DNA of 64,000 bases from an uncultured Bacillales bacterium (GCA_937928185.1 CALEZX010000040.1:1176-65175); one strand, 5' to 3'. Counted from the stretch's first letter, positions 46,562 to 56,531 are shown. Program-made: numbers and translations. The notes: a model not told the origin generated them from the sequence alone.

Positions 46562-46825
46562 TTAACGCGTTGATGCAAAATAAAGAAATAAAAGATACAC
46601 AATAATAAAACTTCCGATAATAACTAGAAAGAGTGGAAGAAACGCGAGAAATGCGCCTTTTACCATTGCTCTTCTTTCTTTGGGACTTAGACCTAAATCA
46701 ACCAAATCTTTCTTCTTTTCTTTGTTTTTTTTGCTTTGATACCAATGAAAGCCTTCAACATTCATATCAGCGACTGTTGAACCGTCATCTACAAACTCAT
46801 TTATTTTTCGTTTTTCTTTTGACAC
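46562..46825 (-). CDS. Small tail-anchored membrane protein, function unknown
   Basis: 87 aa. Lys-rich cytoplasmic N-terminus and one C-terminal TM helix (AFLAFLPLFLVIIGSFIIVYLLFLYF). Lies 9 nt after oppF and upstream of the operon terminator. Confidence 0.5.
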   Translation of the reverse strand: MSKEKRKINEFVDDGSTVADMNVEGFHWYQSKKNKEKKKDLVDLGLSPKERRAMVKGAFLAFLPLFLVIIGSFIIVYLLFLYFASTR

Positions 46826-46834
46826 AGTTTATCA

Positions 46835-47875
46835 CTAATCCTGTGGATATAAGTGGCAAGCCACGAAATGTCCTTTTTCGTACTCTTTTAATATCGGAGT
46901 AACGGTTTTACAAATATCCATGCACTCTGAACATCTCGTATGGAATTTACATCCTTTTGGAGGGTTAGCAGGGCTTGGAATATCGCCTTTTAATATAATC
47001 CTTTGTTTTTTAACATCAGGATCAGGAACCGGAACTGCTGATAATAAAGCTTTAGAATATGGATGCATTGTATTTTTAAAGATTTGTTCTTTGGTTCCTT
47101 GTTCAACGACGCTACCAAGATACATAACCATGATTTCAGTAGAAATATATTCTACAACCGACAAGTCGTGTGAAATAAAAATATATGTTAGTCCGTATTT
47201 TTTCTGCAAATCAACAAGCAAATTAATGATTTGGGCCTGAATTGATACGTCTAATGCACTGACAGGCTCGTCGCAGACGATTAAGTCTGGTTTAAGAGCA
47301 AGGGCTCTAGCAATACATATTCTTTGTCTTTGGCCACCAGAAAATTCGTGTGGATATCTGCTGTAATAATAAGGCGGTAATCCACAAGATTTCATGATAT
47401 CAAGAATATAATCACGATGTTCTTCTGCAGGAACTAGTTTATGTTCACGCACAGCCTCACCGATAATTTCACCAATGGTCATTCTGGGGCTTAAACTAGA
47501 ATATGGATCTTGGAAAATAATTTGAATCTTTGGACGTAATTTTGTTAATTCTCTTTTTTTGATAGTTCGAATATCAATATTATCGTACATAATTTGACCA
47601 TCAGTAATACTATGCAATCTCAAAATAGTACGACCAAGAGTTGTTTTTCCACATCCAGATTCACCAACAACACCTAGCGTGTTACCTTTTTTAATTGTAA
47701 AACTAACATCATCGACAGCCTTAACAAAACTCGTCGTTTTCTTAAACCAGTTTGATCCTAATGGAAAATATTTTTTTAAATTTTTTACAACCAAAATATC
47801 CTTTTTTTCAATTTCCGAATCAAATTGATCATTTCTGATGGCGTTAAGCTCTTGATTTACATTATTTTTTCGCAT
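46835..47875 (-). CDS. oppF: Oligopeptide ABC transporter ATP-binding protein OppF
   Basis: GESGCGKTT, FSGGQRQR, CDEPVSALD and a C-terminal oligopeptide-type Cys motif. Start set at ATG 47875 (MRKNN), preceded by GGTGGTGA. Confidence 0.9.
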   Translation of the reverse strand: MRKNNVNQELNAIRNDQFDSEIEKKDILVVKNLKKYFPLGSNWFKKTTSFVKAVDDVSFTIKKGNTLGVVGESGCGKTTLGRTILRLHSITDGQIMYDNIDIRTIKKRELTKLRPKIQIIFQDPYSSLSPRMTIGEIIGEAVREHKLVPAEEHRDYILDIMKSCGLPPYYYSRYPHEFSGGQRQRICIARALALKPDLIVCDEPVSALDVSIQAQIINLLVDLQKKYGLTYIFISHDLSVVEYISTEIMVMYLGSVVEQGTKEQIFKNTMHPYSKALLSAVPVPDPDVKKQRIILKGDIPSPANPPKGCKFHTRCSECMDICKTVTPILKEYEKGHFVACHLYPQD

Positions 47876-49088
47876 TTTTTTCACCACCATCTTTTTTCGT
47901 TTTAGCAAATTCTGCGGCAATTTCTTCAGCTAGATAGCATGCGACATGGTGTGTAGGAGACACCTGAAGTAACTTTGGATATTCACCATTACATTTACCG
48001 AATCTTTTTTCACAACGATCTCTGAAATAGCAGAAATTAGGTAAGTTAATTGGATTAGGAACGGTTCCTGGAATTGTGTATAATGTTTCATCATTTAAAT
48101 TCAAAGCAGGTATACTCTTTTGTAGACCGATTGTATAAGGGTGAATTGGATTTTTATAAATTTCTCTAGCAGTACCTTTTTCAATAATTCTACCAGCATA
48201 CATAACAACAACATAATCAGCCATTTCAGCAATGACACCCAGATCATGCGTAATTAGCATTATACTTCCATTAATATCATTTTTAATGTTTCTTAGCAAA
48301 TCCAAAATTTGCGCTTGAATAGTAACGTCAAGTGCAGTAGTCGGCTCGTCCGCAATAATCAGATTTGGGTCGCATGATAAAGCCATAGCAATCATGACTC
48401 TTTGACGCATACCACCAGATAATTCATGAGGATAACGGGAATAAACACTTTCAGGCATGGCTATTCCAACGGTATTCAGCATCGAAATAGATTTTTGCTT
48501 TGCTTCTTCTTGCGTAATTTCTGGAAAATGCAAGAAAAGAATTTCATCAAGCTGATCACCGATTCTGAATACAGGATTTAAGCTAGTCATCGGTTCTTGG
48601 AATATCATACTCATTTCTTTTCCACGAATCTTATTCATATCAATTTTAGGTACTTTTGAAATATTATATGCTTTTCCATTTTTTGCATTATAACGAATTT
48701 CTCCGCTAAAAATTTGTCCCGTTGGGCTTTGAAGTAACTTCATTAACGCCAAACTTGTAACACTTTTACCACAGCCTGACTCTCCAACAACCCCAACAAT
48801 ACTCTTTTTTGGTATATCAAAAGAAACACCGTCAACAGCCTTTACAACACCAGCGTCAGTAAAGAAGTATGCATGTAAATCATCAAATTCAACAACGTTA
48901 TTGGGATTTTTCATTTCCGTTAAATATTCTTCTTCCGGAACATTTTTACGGTTATTTTGCTTTTCTAGTTCTTTGATGATTCTAGAATTTTCCTTTGCTG
49001 TTTTTTTGATTTGCTCTTTACTAATATAGTGTTTAGCGAGTGCTTTTTTCTTTTCTTGATTAGTCTTTAATTTTTCTAATAGTTTCAT
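47862..49088 (-). CDS. oppD: Oligopeptide ABC transporter ATP-binding protein OppD with a ~60-aa Lys-rich N-terminal extension
   Basis: GESGCGKS, LSGGMRQR, ADEPTTALD. The extension has 58 stop-free codons in AT-rich DNA, with SD GAGGAGA before the ATG at 49088. Confidence 0.9.
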   Translation of the reverse strand: MKLLEKLKTNQEKKKALAKHYISKEQIKKTAKENSRIIKELEKQNNRKNVPEEEYLTEMKNPNNVVEFDDLHAYFFTDAGVVKAVDGVSFDIPKKSIVGVVGESGCGKSVTSLALMKLLQSPTGQIFSGEIRYNAKNGKAYNISKVPKIDMNKIRGKEMSMIFQEPMTSLNPVFRIGDQLDEILFLHFPEITQEEAKQKSISMLNTVGIAMPESVYSRYPHELSGGMRQRVMIAMALSCDPNLIIADEPTTALDVTIQAQILDLLRNIKNDINGSIMLITHDLGVIAEMADYVVVMYAGRIIEKGTAREIYKNPIHPYTIGLQKSIPALNLNDETLYTIPGTVPNPINLPNFCYFRDRCEKRFGKCNGEYPKLLQVSPTHHVACYLAEEIAAEFAKTKKDGGEKNAKK

Positions 49089-49095
49089 ATGTAAC

Positions 49096-50196
49096 CTATC
49101 TCCTCATCTTCGGGTCGAATGCGTCGCGTAATCCGTCACCAATAAAGTTAAAAGCTAAAACCGCCATAACGATACATACGCCAGCAGGCACCCAAATATT
49201 GGGGTAGTTTTGCAGAATATCTCTTCCTTCTGCGCCGCTAGTAGAACTAATCATTGTTCCCCAAGCTGCATACGGGAATGGAACACCAATACCAAGATAT
49301 GAAAGTGTTGATTCTGACAAAATAATTCCACCTAGACCTAATGTTGCTTGAACAATAATCTGAGGCATAACGTTTGGAATAATGTGTTTGAATATTTTAC
49401 GTTTTGTGCTCAATCCAGTAGCTTCGGCAGCAACCATGTATTCAAGTTCACGAATACCTAAAACTTGACCACGAACTAAACGGGCGATACCTGACCAGCC
49501 GAAAAAGGTCAATATCCCCATCAGGTAGTAAATTCTTACCCTCGGTTCTATTCCCCAGCCGTCAATTAGCGCTGCAGCAAGCATTAAAATCGGTAATCCA
49601 GGTAAGCAGTTAAAAATATCAACAACACGCATAATTACTTGATCTACCCATCCTCCGAAATATCCAGAGAGAGAACCGAAGAACATACCAATAATTACTT
49701 CAGAAAAGATAACGATAAATCCAAGTAGAAGCGATACTCGTCCACCATACATTAAACGTGTCAAAACGTCATATCCATACTGATCTGTTCCAAGCGGATG
49801 ATCCCATGAAGGAGGAGTTTTAGCATAAACCTTATATGGATCACTAACTTCATAAAATACATAAGTGACTTCTTCCATCAGTCCTGTTTCTTCATTTAGT
49901 TCCTGAACAACAATCTGATGAGGTAATATGGAAGTAACCCATTTATAATCGCCAGTCATTTGAACTTCACCCCAAGGTGAAATTAATGGACCAATAAACG
50001 CAAATGCGAACATTGCCAATAAAGTTATTAAACCAATAATTGATAATTTACTGCGGAAAAAACGTCTTAGAACTAATCTACCAGGACTAATTACTTTAGC
50101 AGAATCTGAAAGAGAAACTTCTGGTTCTTGTTTATCCTGTTCTTGATTATTTGGAAGATTAATTAAATCTTTATTTTCTTGTACTAGTGTACTCAT
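49096..50196 (-). CDS. oppC: Oligopeptide ABC transporter permease OppC
   Basis: BPD_transp_1 EAA-type loop (AAEATGLSTKRKIFKHIIPN). 6 TM helices. Confidence 0.9.
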   Translation of the reverse strand: MSTLVQENKDLINLPNNQEQDKQEPEVSLSDSAKVISPGRLVLRRFFRSKLSIIGLITLLAMFAFAFIGPLISPWGEVQMTGDYKWVTSILPHQIVVQELNEETGLMEEVTYVFYEVSDPYKVYAKTPPSWDHPLGTDQYGYDVLTRLMYGGRVSLLLGFIVIFSEVIIGMFFGSLSGYFGGWVDQVIMRVVDIFNCLPGLPILMLAAALIDGWGIEPRVRIYYLMGILTFFGWSGIARLVRGQVLGIRELEYMVAAEATGLSTKRKIFKHIIPNVMPQIIVQATLGLGGIILSESTLSYLGIGVPFPYAAWGTMISSTSGAEGRDILQNYPNIWVPAGVCIVMAVLAFNFIGDGLRDAFDPKMRR

Positions 50197-51302
50197 TATT
50201 TACCACCTACTAACTTGACGCGTGGGTCGACGACTGCGTACATTAAGTCTGACATTAAAGTGCCGATAACAGTCAATACTGATAAGAATAAGTTATATGC
50301 CATGACAAAAGGAATATCTCCCATAGTAACAGCCTTGTATGCAGCCTTACCAATTCCATCAATACTAAAGATGGTTTCTGTAATCATTGCTCCACCGAAA
50401 AGTCCGGGTAAAATCCCAGCTAAAATTGTTACTAACGGAATTAGTGTGTTTCTGAATGCATGTTTGTAAATAACTTTGTGTTCACTTAACCCTTTTGCTC
50501 TTGCAGTGCGGATATAATCAGCGTTCAATACTTCGAGCATATTAGTTCTAGTATATCTCATTAATCCCCCAATAGAGAGAATAACAAGAACTGTGATTGG
50601 TAATACTAAATGATGTATATTATCAATAAGAATAGGTAAATTGGAGTTTGGATTAGAAAGTCCGGCATAAGGGAACCATCCTAGTTGAATTGAGAATATT
50701 CTTAATAACAAAGCGCCAAAGAAAAATGACGGCAGCGAAATTCCCATCATTGCCAGAACTGTAACACTATAGTCAACGACACCATATTGTTTTGTCGCTG
50801 AGGTAATACCGAGTGGAATAGCAATTCCAAACTGTAATATTGTAGCTATTAAAGCAATAATAAATGAAATTGTACTCTTGCTTGCAATAATATCAAGAAC
50901 ATTTGAACTTGATATTGGTTTAGTCAATTGATTTCCTTCAGCGTCTAAAACGGGATTCCCCTCAGCATCTACGAGTAGTTCTACTTCCCCAGTGCTGACT
51001 GAAAAAATAAATGAATCTCCCCATTGTCCTTTGACAATGTTTCCTGCCCATTTTAAATAACCTTTAAAAATAGGTGAGGTTAATCCATAAATTTCTCTTT
51101 GTCTTTCGACCATTTGAGCTACTTGTCCGGTTTCATCTAATTGCATCTGAGCATAATATTTGGCCTGAACAAAATCAAGTCCGGGTTTAATACGAACTAA
51201 GCCATAGATGATAATTGATACACCAAACAAAATGAGTACGGATAATGCGAGTCTTTTTATAATGTATTTTATCATATTGACAATAATAAGGCCCAATCTC
51301 AA
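50196..51302 (-). CDS. oppB: Oligopeptide ABC transporter permease OppB
   Basis: MIKYIIKRL.. start region and the YIRTARAKGLSE motif. The start is ambiguous between TTG 51302 and ATG 51275. Confidence 0.9.
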   Translation of the reverse strand: MRLGLIIVNMIKYIIKRLALSVLILFGVSIIIYGLVRIKPGLDFVQAKYYAQMQLDETGQVAQMVERQREIYGLTSPIFKGYLKWAGNIVKGQWGDSFIFSVSTGEVELLVDAEGNPVLDAEGNQLTKPISSSNVLDIIASKSTISFIIALIATILQFGIAIPLGITSATKQYGVVDYSVTVLAMMGISLPSFFFGALLLRIFSIQLGWFPYAGLSNPNSNLPILIDNIHHLVLPITVLVILSIGGLMRYTRTNMLEVLNADYIRTARAKGLSEHKVIYKHAFRNTLIPLVTILAGILPGLFGGAMITETIFSIDGIGKAAYKAVTMGDIPFVMAYNLFLSVLTVIGTLMSDLMYAVVDPRVKLVGGK

Positions 51303-51371
51303 CGACTGAGCCTTATACTCCTTGTTAGAATTTTGTTAATTGATTGTATAAGTTAGAATATAACCTTAAGG

Positions 51372-54011
51372 TTATTCTTCGTAACCTACAACAACTGTAG
51401 TAGTTTCGTTACCTTTAACACCATTAGCAAAGCTTACTTTCCAAATTTCAGCCATTGGTCCCCAATATGGAGTAACTGAAGTTGATAAAGAAGATTGAGC
51501 GATAATAGCGCCATCATAAACGAATAGGTTCTTTCTTTGGTATGTTGGGATTTCAATATTCAATTGAGCTAGAACTTCTAAAGCTTTTGCATAAATTGGA
51601 GCTCTTTCTTCTGGCAACATATATTTTGTGCCTTCTTCGATAAGTTCAGCAAGATAAGCTAATGCTTCTTTTTGGTTCATTTCAACTGTAGTGCCGTTTA
51701 ATTTCACAACATCGATAGTACCAAGAGTATCATCGTCGCCGTTTTCATATAACCAAACGATACCATTAGAAATTACAGATTCAGCTTGAGAGAGGTAATG
51801 GTAAACTTGATACATGTCTGGATCAGCAGAAGATTGCCATGCTAATGCATAAACGCCTACTGGACCCTTCTTAATATTAGCGATTAGGTTTGCATCAGAT
51901 ACGATTCTTGAAGAAACACCAATTGTAGCCAATAAAGTTTGAGCTTCTAGGAAGATACCTCCAGCTGGATGTTGAGAAGCATCTGAAGGAAGTGTAAATA
52001 CGACTTCAGGAACGTCTGTGAATTTTCCATCGGTGCCAAGTGTATAGCCGGCTAATTGGAAATATGATTTAGCAGCAGCTAGAGTGGAATCAAATGGGTA
52101 AATTGCAGTTGCGCCTTCTGGGTATGCCCAAGAAACTTGAGATTGTGAACGGTAAATAATATCAGCTAATCCGTTTGGATAGTAGTCAAGAACTTTAGCG
52201 TGATTGAATACTGTTGTCAAAGCGATACGTTCATAAATGTTATCATAAACTTGTGGATTGATACAAATATAACCATATCCAAGATTGTCAACTAATACTG
52301 ATACTAGTGTTGGGTCAAGAGCGATATCTTGCATTACGTCAGCAGTAGCACTTACAGTAGCATAATAAACGTCACCAGCTTCAAGAGCTTGATATTCAGC
52401 ACCAGAAGAAATGATCTTTAATGCAATGTTTTTAATATTAGCGTTGTAAACATTTACTCCGCCCATTGTTTCGAAATTATCGTTTCTGACAAAGTATACT
52501 GTTCCATCGCCTTCATCTACTTCAACAAATTTGTAAGGACCAGCACCCATTGGCGAACCATTGAATGTTTCAAGGTGAGCCATGAATAATTCAGAATTGA
52601 ATTCTACACCAGCATTAACGATAGCTCCTGTAGCAGGAGTATAACCAGCAGTGTAATAATGTTGTGGAGCAACAGTAACACCTAATGAAAGAATAGCTTT
52701 TGGATTTTGTTTTGTTAAAATGATTTTAACAGTTTCGTAACTAACTGAATCGATAGTTTTTGTACCTTTTACTAAACCAGTAATTGATGGAACAACACCT
52801 GATTGAGCAAATTCAGCGATGAATAAATCTTTAGCAACTCCAACGAAGTTAGATCCTGCGCTTTCAACATCGCTTACGTTTTGGTAATTAACTTTACCAT
52901 CTTCATCAGCGTATGCTGCTAAAATATCAGCGAAATAATCAGCTGTAGATAATGTAGCAACACTGTAATCAGCTGTAGCACCTGACCAAGTGAGTTTGTC
53001 AGCGCTTAATGAATAAGCACGTCCGGCAGCACCGTAGAATCCCCACATAGCCATACCATAAGCTACTTTTAATCCAGCAGAAGCTTGGACATCAGCCCAT
53101 GTTAATGTACAGTTATAACGAGTTAATGATTGATGATCTGGGTTTGTAGCTGAATAAGTAGCGATTCCAGTGGAAGTTTTTACATATAATCCAGCAGCGT
53201 CTTCAACTAAGAAATTACCACCAAAATATCTTGCTACAAATGAGTCAGAACCATATGAAGCTAAAACGTAGTTAACAATTTCTTGAGCAAATTGCGCTCC
53301 AGCCTGATTGATGTATCCCCAATAAGCAGTATGTTGAGCTTGAGTATAGTCATCATTAGCTGTATATCCAGATACTCTTTCGTCAGCTGCAAGAATTGCA
53401 TCAGCGATAGGAGCGTATACGTCATAATCCGGAACTTGGGTTCTGAAATTTCCTAAACCAAGAATTGGTAACGTATAAAGTGTGGATGATCCTGAATAAG
53501 CTGGATCTAAGTAAGTGTAGTAATTGAATAACACGTCATCAGCATCAATTACCGTTCCGTCGCTAAATTTAGCGCCATTTTTGATAACGATTTCGTATAC
53601 TACGTAATCGCCTTCTTCATAATTTGCTTTTGGAGCGTAAGTAGTCAAGTTATCAGTGTAATAAATAGAATAACCTTGAGCTACGGTTGGATAATAATCG
53701 CTGGCAACAACCGCACCAGTTTCATTCATAGCCAATAGACTAGCATGAGTTAATCCAACTACATCTCCATCATAAGCTGAAGAATAGAAGAATGGGCTGA
53801 AAATACCATCCATTGTCGAAGACTGGAGCAGTAATGTATATGAATCATTAATAACTCTGGTCTCCATGATAGGAACTCTGGCAGTAGTCGTAGTTGCTGT
53901 GATTGGTTGCGTGGTAGTAGCTGGTTGAGTTGTCGTTGTTGTTTTATCAGTACATGCGACCAATGCAACAGCTAGAACCATTGTTACTAGAAACAAACAA
54001 AGCTTTTTCAT
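51372..54011 (-). CDS. oppA: Oversized family-5 peptide-binding lipoprotein (OppA-like)
   Basis: Lipobox LVAC, then the Thr-rich linker TDKTTTTTQPATTTQPITATTTTA. SBP_bac_5-like core (..KNGAKFSDGTVIDADDVLFNY..). 879 aa. Confidence 0.8.
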   Translation of the reverse strand: MKKLCLFLVTMVLAVALVACTDKTTTTTQPATTTQPITATTTTARVPIMETRVINDSYTLLLQSSTMDGIFSPFFYSSAYDGDVVGLTHASLLAMNETGAVVASDYYPTVAQGYSIYYTDNLTTYAPKANYEEGDYVVYEIVIKNGAKFSDGTVIDADDVLFNYYTYLDPAYSGSSTLYTLPILGLGNFRTQVPDYDVYAPIADAILAADERVSGYTANDDYTQAQHTAYWGYINQAGAQFAQEIVNYVLASYGSDSFVARYFGGNFLVEDAAGLYVKTSTGIATYSATNPDHQSLTRYNCTLTWADVQASAGLKVAYGMAMWGFYGAAGRAYSLSADKLTWSGATADYSVATLSTADYFADILAAYADEDGKVNYQNVSDVESAGSNFVGVAKDLFIAEFAQSGVVPSITGLVKGTKTIDSVSYETVKIILTKQNPKAILSLGVTVAPQHYYTAGYTPATGAIVNAGVEFNSELFMAHLETFNGSPMGAGPYKFVEVDEGDGTVYFVRNDNFETMGGVNVYNANIKNIALKIISSGAEYQALEAGDVYYATVSATADVMQDIALDPTLVSVLVDNLGYGYICINPQVYDNIYERIALTTVFNHAKVLDYYPNGLADIIYRSQSQVSWAYPEGATAIYPFDSTLAAAKSYFQLAGYTLGTDGKFTDVPEVVFTLPSDASQHPAGGIFLEAQTLLATIGVSSRIVSDANLIANIKKGPVGVYALAWQSSADPDMYQVYHYLSQAESVISNGIVWLYENGDDDTLGTIDVVKLNGTTVEMNQKEALAYLAELIEEGTKYMLPEERAPIYAKALEVLAQLNIEIPTYQRKNLFVYDGAIIAQSSLSTSVTPYWGPMAEIWKVSFANGVKGNETTTVVVGYEE

Positions 54012-54060
54012 TTTTTTCCTCCAATTTTTTTCTATATACTTAAGATTTTTATCGTTAAGC

Positions 54061-55950
54061 CTAATCTAATACTGATACGTGCAATGTATCAGTTGTAATA
54101 CCTGTAATTGATGAATAATCGATATTTGAAGTAGAGCCAGTAATCGTTACATATTCAGATCCTCTGGCAACGATATCACCAACATATACCGGATAATCTA
54201 TCACATTATTGGTTGAAGCTGAGAAAACAATATTTACATCAACATTTGAGACAACGGTATTTCCTTCTAAAGCGGTACCAATTAATGCAGCTGATCCTAA
54301 ATCACAAACGACTGTCGTCGCTGATGAAGAAGTTGATAAAACCACATTAGCGTTTTCGATTACAACACCACTTATAGTAGCGTTTTGTACAAACGGGAAC
54401 AACCCTGATACTACTACTACTCCAGCATCCGCAAGAATAGTTTTCTGTTGATTTTGTACAGTTAATGTAAAATTAGATATTTTATATCCCATTGATATAA
54501 ATTTGCCAGTGAACGGAACAACGGTGCTGATTACTGATGTTCTTAATACGAAACCTAACGGTGTTGAGTTAGTATAATTGGTTCCGTTTAAGTCGATATC
54601 ATTAACAAGTAAGTAATTTCCGTTAGGATTAAGTGCAACTTTAGCTAAACCAGATTGACTTGTAATTCGAGTAAATTCTCCTTCAATCATGTAAGCATAT
54701 AAGTTTAATTCTGTTGTATCAGTAGGAAATACATCAGTATTAAAATCCCATGGATCAAATTCAGTTTCCGATTTACTCCAAGCTACGAACGTATAACCAG
54801 CAAATAGCGGAATAGTTTCTAATTTGCCAATGGTTTCGCCTGCCACTAAATCAACCGAGGTAGTATTGTCTTCAGTAAGTTTTTTTGTAATAACAGTAAC
54901 CTGTCCAGATTTTTGAATATAATTGATGGTTAATTTTCTTTCCCAATGTGCTATTAGAGTAATGTTTTCTGTAACGCGATCATTTTCGAAATCCCAGTAA
55001 ATGATGTCAGCGTTGTATCTTGTTAAATCAGATGGTGTAACATAATCGGTGGATGGTGTAAATATATAACGAGCATCAACTGAGTATCTATCTAATTCTT
55101 GATGAGTAACATCTTCTGAATCAAAAAGCAAATATTCAGACCCATTATAAACGTACAAACCTTCAGAATCTAAAACCATCATTGTATCAAAATAAATATA
55201 GCCGCTTTCAAGCGAATATCTTGTTAAACCTTCGTCGGCTTCAGTATATTCATAAAATGCCTGAACGTACTTTGGTACATCTTTAAACAATTCTTTTTCA
55301 TCAGTTGTAAGTTCATCAAAAACGAGATAACTTTTACCATATTTTGATACATTGGAAACCGAATATCCCCCATCAGTCTCATAAATATCTACATGAGCAG
55401 GATCTTCTGAATCGTATACATAAAATCCATAACCATTACTGCCGTTAAAGAAGATATATTCAGCTGTTTCAGGATCATCATCTTCAGAAAGCGGCTCAAC
55501 ATTGATAAATACTAAAGTTCCCTCTGCATCGGCGACATATCCATATACATAAGCGCCTTGTTGATCGATTTTATAAACCCCATTACCTTCTTCGAGATTT
55601 AAATATACATAAGCTCCCGTTGGATTCTCAGCGTATTCAGCATTTGATTCTAGATACCAGCCTTTAAGGGTATATCCTATGCGAGTAGCTAAACCTAAAC
55701 TTGATACAACATATGAATCTTGAGCGTAATCTTGTAAATATTTCGGAAGTTTACTTCCCTCTACTACTTGTAACTTACGAACTGTACTGGTCTTGTTCCC
55801 GAGGAAGCCGCCATTACCGTCGTAAACTACTGTAAAAAATTCACCGTCTAATACACCATGTCCAGTATTACATCCGGTCAATACGGATACAAGTACTGTG
55901 AACAAAAAGACAATAAAGATTTTTTTAATACTAGATTTCAAATAATACAT
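54061..55950 (-). CDS. Surface lipoprotein with Listeria-Bacteroides (Flg_new) repeats and a C-terminal GLUG-like beta-helix region
   Basis: Signal and lipobox MYYLKSSIKKIFIVFLFTVLVSVLTGC. Repeats FTVVYDGNGG..GYTLKGWY and LTINY..GYTFVAWS..LNLYAYM. C-terminal repetitive ..GLFPFVQNATISGVVIENANV.. region. Start set at ATG 55950 after GGTGGA. Confidence 0.65.
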   Translation of the reverse strand: MYYLKSSIKKIFIVFLFTVLVSVLTGCNTGHGVLDGEFFTVVYDGNGGFLGNKTSTVRKLQVVEGSKLPKYLQDYAQDSYVVSSLGLATRIGYTLKGWYLESNAEYAENPTGAYVYLNLEEGNGVYKIDQQGAYVYGYVADAEGTLVFINVEPLSEDDDPETAEYIFFNGSNGYGFYVYDSEDPAHVDIYETDGGYSVSNVSKYGKSYLVFDELTTDEKELFKDVPKYVQAFYEYTEADEGLTRYSLESGYIYFDTMMVLDSEGLYVYNGSEYLLFDSEDVTHQELDRYSVDARYIFTPSTDYVTPSDLTRYNADIIYWDFENDRVTENITLIAHWERKLTINYIQKSGQVTVITKKLTEDNTTSVDLVAGETIGKLETIPLFAGYTFVAWSKSETEFDPWDFNTDVFPTDTTELNLYAYMIEGEFTRITSQSGLAKVALNPNGNYLLVNDIDLNGTNYTNSTPLGFVLRTSVISTVVPFTGKFISMGYKISNFTLTVQNQQKTILADAGVVVVSGLFPFVQNATISGVVIENANVVLSTSSSATTVVCDLGSAALIGTALEGNTVVSNVDVNIVFSASTNNVIDYPVYVGDIVARGSEYVTITGSTSNIDYSSITGITTDTLHVSVLD

Positions 55951-56013
55951 TTCTATTTCCACCATTTCTGCAATTTTATTAAGCGAGTTTTGTCTCTAAA
56001 AAACTTTTAAAAC

Positions 56014-56042
56014 ATTATACTATTTTGAATCAAACATTTCAA
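56014..56042 (-). promoter_or_regulatory. Promoter of the 634-aa lipoprotein / opp transcription unit
   Basis: Minus strand: TTGAAA-17 nt-TATAAT. Confidence 0.65.
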
Positions 56043-56213
56043 GACAATATTGAAAATTTTCTCACTTTTTCGCTATTTTTCGACTTCTTTTATTTTAATA
56101 TTAAAGGGTAAAATATGCAATATAATCATAAAAATTAATTATGAAAGAAATGAAAATGTTTTCATTTGCATATTTCCGTCATTTTTGCATAAAATCTAAA
56201 TAATTCTTTTAAA

Positions 56214-56531
56214 TCATAATTTATTTCTAGTTATCATTAAAATGACTAAGGCAATGATTAAAATTACAACAAACAGAATAATACGTGTTTTTTTTATTTC
56301 ATCATCTCCCATTGGGATATATCCTTTATATCCGCAATATTTACAAGGTTCTTTTCTAGAGCTTAAAGATTTGTGACACATTGGACATTGATATGGTTTG
56401 GAGACAGGTCCTTTAATAGTATCAAATTCGCTATCATTTTTATCATTTGAATTATTCTTCTTATTTTTGTCCACTTCTTGGAAGAAATCATTTAGTTTCT
56501 CTTGATCGACTTTTTTTTGTGTTTTCATCAT
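56214..56531 (-). CDS. Zinc-ribbon protein with a C-terminal TM anchor, function unknown
   Basis: CPMC..(12 residues)..CKYC followed by the TM helix ILFVVILIIALVILMI. ATGA overlap with the upstream gene. Confidence 0.55.
   Translation of the reverse strand: MMKTQKKVDQEKLNDFFQEVDKNKKNNSNDKNDSEFDTIKGPVSKPYQCPMCHKSLSSRKEPCKYCGYKGYIPMGDDEIKKTRIILFVVILIIALVILMITRNKL

Noticed and set aside
51361-51374. Small hairpin (TAACC-TTAA-GGTTA) at the oppA stop as an intra-operon attenuator.
   Set aside because: It has only 5 bp and no U-tract, so it is too weak to support.
53876-53954. Thr-rich tracts after the lipoboxes of OppA and the S41-like protein (59376..59433) as phase-variable tandem repeats.
   Set aside because: They are short, imperfect at the nucleotide level, and use mixed ACA/ACT/ACC codons. 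They are better explained as flexible lipoprotein stalk linkers.
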